Positions 58,340 through 64,000 of a stretch of 64,000 nucleotides of DNA are shown piece by piece (the first letter of the stretch is position 1; every line of letters starts with the position of its first letter). The notes beneath the pieces are model-generated. The model ran no database searches, was not told the DNA's origin, and was given only the letters and a program-made list of their open reading frames with translations. The stretch lies in the NCBI GenBank assembly GCA_964106915.2, contig OZ066921.1; one strand, 5' to 3'. The position numbers and the translations under genes were made by a program. Source of the DNA: Podarcis gaigeae (lineage: Eukaryota).

Positions 58340-59939
58340 ATACCCATGCCATCTTACTGGCCTTAATACAAGCTTAATACAAGCATCCCAGCACTTCCAA
58401 CAGGTTCAACAAAACTCAGGCAGCTGACACCCCTTCCCTGCTTCAAAAGAGATTTGGGACTAGAGGTCATATTCTGTGTCTTGGCAAGTGGCTGGGTGGC
58501 ATTGAGGCTTCTCAGAAAACAGTCCTACTTTCTGTACTTAAAAAAGAAAAAGCAAGATTTTTTGCCAAAGAATCACAGGTTACATTCCGTAGTTCCTAAT
58601 TCCAGTCATGGAAACGCATATGTCACTCAAGGCAGAATGTGTGAACTGCCTTTGTTGAAAATGATGGCATTGGAGTCCTGCCAGTAAAGTTTGATCTGTG
58701 GCGACTCATTCACCTGTACAAGCCACCGCTGGTCAGCAAGTAGTTCAAATGCCTCAGGTTGGGGGTAGGTTATAATAGCAGTCATTCTAATTTCCTGGAA
58801 AGAATGGGAGACTGTGTATCTCCTATAAGCAAGGACAAAAGAGCACCAGGCACCCCTGAGAGGAGGAGGGGTGGGGGTGGGGGGGTTTGGGTTGTTTTGC
58901 TGCCTGTCTCCATAAGAGCTTTTTTGCTCAGGCACAGTAATGGAGTGCTGTCCCTCACAGGCCCTGGAGCCTCTCCTCCTCCCCCCACTCTTGCACTGAC
59001 TCCAACCCTTCTCTACAGCACCCCCACCTGCCCCCTTCTTCCATCTGGCACTTCAGCAGGGAGCATTTGCCTGTGAATAGGCTGGCTCTTTAGCCGGAGC
59101 CCCCTCATTGGTTACTTTTGGGACTGGGTTTGGCTTTGGCTGCAGAGGAGGCAAGAGCGGGACCTCCATTGGGCTTTGCGCTTTTGGTGGTTCACCCTGA
59201 GCTACGGAGCCTCTTGGCAGAAGGATGAAGGTATGCTGGAGCTTCTTTCCTTTGTCTTGCAGGGGGTTCATTTCTGAGGGGATACCATTTTTCTCTCTAT
59301 CTGCTTGCGGGTGTCAGTAGGAGAAGAAAAGAAAGGAGACGCAGCCTCCCATGCAAAGTTAACCCAAATAGGAAGCAGAGGGGCTTGTTGTCTTTGGGGG
59401 AGTGTAGAGTTCACCCAGGATGCAGGAAGGCCTCCCCCCACTTTTTTTCCCAAACTCTTGCCTTTTTTCTTGGCTGGTCAATTTCTTGTCTGTGATGAGG
59501 GAAGGCAAAGAGGGAGAGGCAGCTGGCACCCAGGAACAATCATCCCAACTTTGACTGATAGAAAATGCTCTCCCTTGAAATTAGGGTGGGGAACTTGTGA
59601 CCTTCCAGATGTTGCATGGCCAATGATCAGAGATGGCGGTGGGGCCTGCAGCCCAACAACTTCTGGAGGTCCACAGGTGTTCCCTCTGTCTCAACATGAA
59701 AGGCTCAGGGCAGGCTATCTGCGCTTTCTTTTGCACCAAGTATATAGATACTAAAAATATAAGGAGGTGAAGTATCAGTGTGGAACTCTGTTTGCTGGTG
59801 TATCTGCATGAGTAAAAGGAGAGGATGGGGACCACAAAAACTTCCTAGGCTGTCCTTGTGCTGACCTGTTGATCCTGCTTCTGTGTTAAACTGCTACTCT
59901 AAGGGCTGCTGACCTCACATCCTCTTCACCTTCCTCCTC

Positions 59940-60143
59940 CCAACTAAACATTAGGAAAAATGGTCTAACAGTAAGATCTGTCCAACAGAAACAGGCTGCC
60001 TCGGATGGTAGACTCTCCTTCACTGGAGCTTTTTAAACAGAGGTTGGGTGGCCGTCTGTCAGGAATTATCTAGCTGTGATTACTGCATTGCAGTGGGTTG
60101 GATTTGATGACCCTCAGGATCCCTTCCAACTCTGTGATTCTAT
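59940..60143 (+). mobile_element. CR1 LINE 3' end
   Basis: LNIRKN.LTVR...DSPSLELFKQRL remnants and the terminal gatcccttccaactctgtgattctat. Confidence 0.85.
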
Positions 60144-61454
60144 CTCTTTTGTGCCATGGAAACTGGAGACAGGGAGCATCCGAGTTGCAGATGCAGCCTG
60201 GGCTTGCAGATGATTTTCCAGGCCCAGCTGGAAATGCATGTCTAATGAGGGAGCCTGGACACATCCCCTGCTCAGCCTGCTCTGTTCAAAGTGGCAGACA
60301 CCAGACTCTTGGCATCTGCTCTTCTTTTCAGCCCACAACCCCCCCCCCACTTGGGGGCTGGCCTTGGAGTTCTCTGCATGTCTGCAGTGGGACCAGTATT
60401 GTGAGCACAGGACTGGACATACCAAGGATATGCAGAGTTCTTTCATGAAGACACTTTCTCTTGTAGGCCATGTTTTATTAGTCCCTTGTGTGGGATGCTG
60501 TCTCAGGCTGTAAAGGCCAGCCACTGGCTGGGAGATTATGGACCCCCCCCCCCTCCGCACTGCATCCTTTAAGCTCTACATTTATGAGCTCTATTGTGTT
60601 CAGGGTGGGGGCGGGGCGGTATATGCGATCACACTTTCAGTGCTGTTTGCTCCTGCAAAAGTTTTGAGGTGGGCAGACTGCTCAGTATGCCCTGTAGCTT
60701 CCTGTGGAAATCTTGTGACACAAATGTTCTGGGTGGGGGTGTTTCTGATCTACTTTTGCAGTCCTGCCCTCTAGACAACAATACCAAAGCAACACTTGGG
60801 AAAGCGTTACAGAACAATTAATAAAGTGGAAGAATACGTGGACTCTTCACGTATGCTACAGAATGCACTCCCATCCTCCCAAAATACCCACTACAGTCTG
60901 GCAACCAATATGGCATTCATGAGGACCTAAGCCCTGCTCAGCACTCCTTACTTTGTTTCTGGCAGGCTTTGGCCGCACTGTGCTCTGTTTCCATCTCCCA
61001 TTTACATTTATTCAGAATCTGGTCCAGACTAGAACCAATCAGGCCTAACCTGGGAGAGGGAGTGAGGAACAACGAAGCCAATCATTTGAATGGATGTGGG
61101 AGAGGCCGCACTGAAGCAGAAGAGACAGCCATAGGCTACTGCATTTCTCACCATCATGAGCCTCCAAAAGCCTTTCTTGGAAATTGACAAAAGGGGGTCA
61201 CTTTTACTGGGATGTGAGGCAATGTTCTGCACTAGCTCTCACTTCGGAGTTGGTTGCAGGAGCAATCTTTGTTCCAATGCAGTTATGTCCAAATTGTGGC
61301 ATGCAGGGGGTCATGTTCTGCATTCACAGCTTGCCCACTTGTGCCATTCCTTCAGGCTGCATCCCTCCTTTGGCTTAGCCTTAGCTCTACTCCAGATCTG
61401 CCAGAGCTCTCCACATTCCCTCTGGGGACAGTTGTTTTCAGTTTGGGGCTGAGG

Positions 61455-61679
61455 CAGGGGTAGGCAACCTAAGGCCCATGGGCCAGATGCAGCCCACTCG
61501 CCTTCTAAATCTGGCCCGCGGATGGTCCAGGAATCAGCGTGTTTTGACATGAGTAGAATGTGTGCTTTTATTTAAAATGCATCTCTGGGTTATTTGTGGG
61601 GCATAGGAATCCGTTCATCCCCCCTCCCCAATATAGTCTGGCCCACCAGCCCACGGCTAAAAAAGGTTGCTGACCCCTG
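61455..61679. mobile_element. hAT non-autonomous element
   Basis: TIRs CAGGGGTAGGCAACCT and AGGTTGCTGACCCCTG (14/16); same family as 30269-30522. Confidence 0.85.
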
Positions 61680-62326
61680 GGAGGATTCTATACACACAAG
61701 GCGCCCTCTGGTGGCTCCCTCTGACTACACCCCCCAACACATACTGCTTTCTTGGTGGTGGTGGTGGAAGAGGGGGATACCTCTCTGGAATAACTCCCCA
61801 CAAATCTATTGTTGGGCAGAGTATTGGTGGGTGTGGGGCATTTTGGGACTGATCCTGTCACATTGATCTTCCCACTACAGGCAGCAGGCCAATGCACCCC
61901 CAGCTCTCTGCTTGAGGGCCTTTTCCAGTCTTGTGTCTTTGCTGTCTACGAGTCAGCCAATGCCCCAGTCCTAGCCGTCCATGTGCTACTTGACACACAT
62001 GATTGCGCACACAAGATTCTAGAGAAAAAGATGAAAATGGAGCAGGAGAGAAAAGGTGGGGGGGCAAAGGAAGGCACATGGAAAAGCTTGATGTGGCTTG
62101 CAGACTGTGGACAAAGGAGAGGAGGGCCTTCCCCAGACAGCTCCAAGCACCGCCTTTCCTGGGAAGGGCCTGAGCAAGCCAAGCTGCTGCAGCCTCCATC
62201 GCAGCCTGGCAGCCGTGCTTGGCAGTCAGTCAGGCTGGTGACAGGGCCTAGCCTCAGATAGAGAGCCTCTTGGACCCCACCCACCCTCCCTCCACTGATC
62301 GCTTTTTCCTTGTCCCACCCCTACAG

Positions 62327-63099
62327 GCCTACGAATGGGCATTGGAGGGCATGCGCCACCTTTCCAGCATCAGCACAGAGGAGGGCAGCTCCCTTGAGGA
62401 TTGTACTTCGGCTCTCAGGAGCCTGGAGAGCTACAAGAGACAGCACTCAGAAATCAGTAGTGCCAGATTCCAGGAGATGAAGGAGCTGGCATGCCAACTG
62501 AAGAGCAGCCGTGCCCTGAAGCAATGGCAGCTAGCCTGGTCCAAGTGCCAGGAGACCATGCTGGGCTTTGAGATGAAGCTGGAAGCTGCCCTGAGGACCA
62601 AGAGTTCTCTGTGCCCTCCTGACTTGAAGCCATCGCCTGAGGGAGAGCTCAGCCAGGAGGGCAGGCTGCCTTTGGAGGGGCCACTCCCCTTCCGTCTCCC
62701 TGGGTGGACTGCGGAGCAGGTTGTGCTCCCAAGCCAGGTCATTCCAGAGGCTTCTAAGAAGGAGAAGGTCACCCTGGAGAGCATTGTGGAAGTCCTGGAG
62801 GCAGGACCCTCCCGCCCCTCCACCCCAGCCTCGGGCCAGCAGCCATTCCCCAAAAGGCCCCTGAGGAAGGCCCAGAGTTTTGACCTGCCCTGCACAGAGG
62901 GACTGCGCTCTGGCTGCCAGCGGACTCTGAGTGAGCCAGCCCGTTACGGCAACACCGGTGTCTTCATCAAGGGGCTGGAAGTGAGCAGTACTGAGCATGT
63001 GGCCCGGCAACACCTCGGCCCAACCAGTTGGGCACCTGGCGGCTTGCAAGCGGAGCAGAGGAGCAGCCTCTCCATACCAGAGGCAAAGAGCTTGGGCAG
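62327..63099 (+). CDS. PLEKHG4: PLEKHG4 exon 14 (spectrin-like end plus pre-DH linker)
   Basis: AYEWALEGMRHL...AWSKCQET...KLEAAL...LRKAQSFD...RTLSEPA; 773 nt, phase 0-2, donor gtaggt. Human PLEKHG4 has AWARCQDT, LRKAYSFD and QSLSEPA as I recall. Confidence 0.9.
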
Positions 63100-63598
63100 G
63101 TAGGTATGGATGAGGTTGGAGTATCACCTGCTAACAAGTGGGGCTGTGGGCTGATCCAGTCAGAAGCCTGTTTAACAGCCAGTCCCTTTGGGACTCCTCA
63201 TTCAGGGAGGTGGGTGTTCTCAGCTTGTCAACAATCTACAGCCGGGCAGTTAAAGTGGAGTAGCACCAGCATATGTTTGTAGTGTAGATGTTCCCTGTTA
63301 TTTAATTCTGGGGAGGGAGAATGGACCAGCAGGGGGAGTCAGCTGGCAGAGCAGTTGGCAGCTTAAGCATGGAGCACTGTTTAAAAAGGCAAGAAGAAAC
63401 TGGTGGGGTTGGAGAGACGTCTTTTTGGGCAGATGCAGATTAAAAATGCTTCAGGGATGTGTTTTTACCTGCAGCTGTTGGGGAAGAGCTTGTTTTTCCA
63501 AGCAAGCTGGTAGGCTCTCCCTCTGACTCCACAGACCTTGAAGAATGAAGCCTCTTCTCACCATCCTCCAACTTTGCTCCTGGCTTCCTCTCTTGCAG

Positions 63599-63848
63599 CA
63601 AACTGCGGCACATCATTGAGGAGATGGTGATGACTGAGCAGGAGTATGTCCGGTCCTTGCGCTACATCATTGAGAGCTACTTCCCTGAGATGGAGCGGCT
63701 GGACATGCCCCAAGACCTGCGGGGGAAGCGGAGCGTCATTTTTGGGAACCTGGAGAAGCTCTACGACTTCCACAGCCAGTACTTCCTGCGGGAACTGGAG
63801 AACTGCTGTAACCACCCGCTACGGGTCAGCCACTGCTTCCTGAGACAT
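63599..63848 (+). CDS. PLEKHG4: PLEKHG4 exon 15, start of the DH (RhoGEF) domain; the gene continues beyond the window
   Basis: KLRHIIEEMVMTEQEYVRSLRYIIESYFPEMERLDMPQDLRGKRSVIFGNLEKLYDFHSQYFLRELE..., a canonical DH start; 250 nt, phase 2-0, donor gtaagg. Confidence 0.96.
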
Positions 63849-64000
63849 GTAAGGGGCCTGGAGAAACTCAAGCAGGGCTGGGGAGGGGCTGGTTGCAGGG
63901 AACTTTGGTAGGTGGGCAGGCAGGCCTCAGGGTAAGGATTAGGGCCCTTGAAATGCCCGCCCATAGCGCCAGTGTTTCTGCCTCTAGGTCCAAGGACCAC

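Noticed and set aside
20463-63848. Assignment of the plus-strand gene as PLEKHG4B or ARHGEF40
   Set aside because: FHOD1 synteny and the DWRxAxCS, QALGLTxLVDAR, SNxRIQALEL and LRKAxSFD motifs favour PLEKHG4; a phylogeny is still needed.
1-64000. CRISPR array, rRNA or a prokaryote-type system
   Set aside because: No regularly spaced direct repeats or operon-like ORFs; the window is intron-rich vertebrate DNA.

Overview
Vertebrate genomic DNA, very likely from a squamate and probably a lacertid lizard, judged by Sauria-type SINEs, tRNA-headed SINEs with CR1-like tails, L2/CR1/L1 fragments and hAT, Tigger and Harbinger MITEs. Two protein-coding genes point away from each other, each starting in its own CpG island. 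(1) Minus strand: coding exon 1 of the formin FHOD1 (6432-6232), with intron 1 running off the left edge. (2) Plus strand: a Trio/Solo-family RhoGEF best identified as PLEKHG4 (puratrophin-1). I can splice 15 coding exons (20463-63848, all GT-AG, phases consistent, 4527 nt = 1509 codons with no stop) that cover an N-terminal ARHGEF40/KIAA1755/PLEKHG4B-type domain, a long disordered region, a Sec14-like domain, spectrin-like repeats and the start of the DH domain; the gene runs off the right edge. Main points of interest: the protein appears about 370 aa longer at the N-terminus than human puratrophin-1 and keeps a family domain the human protein lacks; its start codon is the only coding content of exon 1; and SLC9A5, which lies between FHOD1 and PLEKHG4 in human, is not recognisable between the two islands. 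I found no CRISPR array, prokaryotic system or convincing novel ORF; most ORF-track entries are spurious. Comparisons to human proteins and repeat families are from memory and need confirming by alignment.
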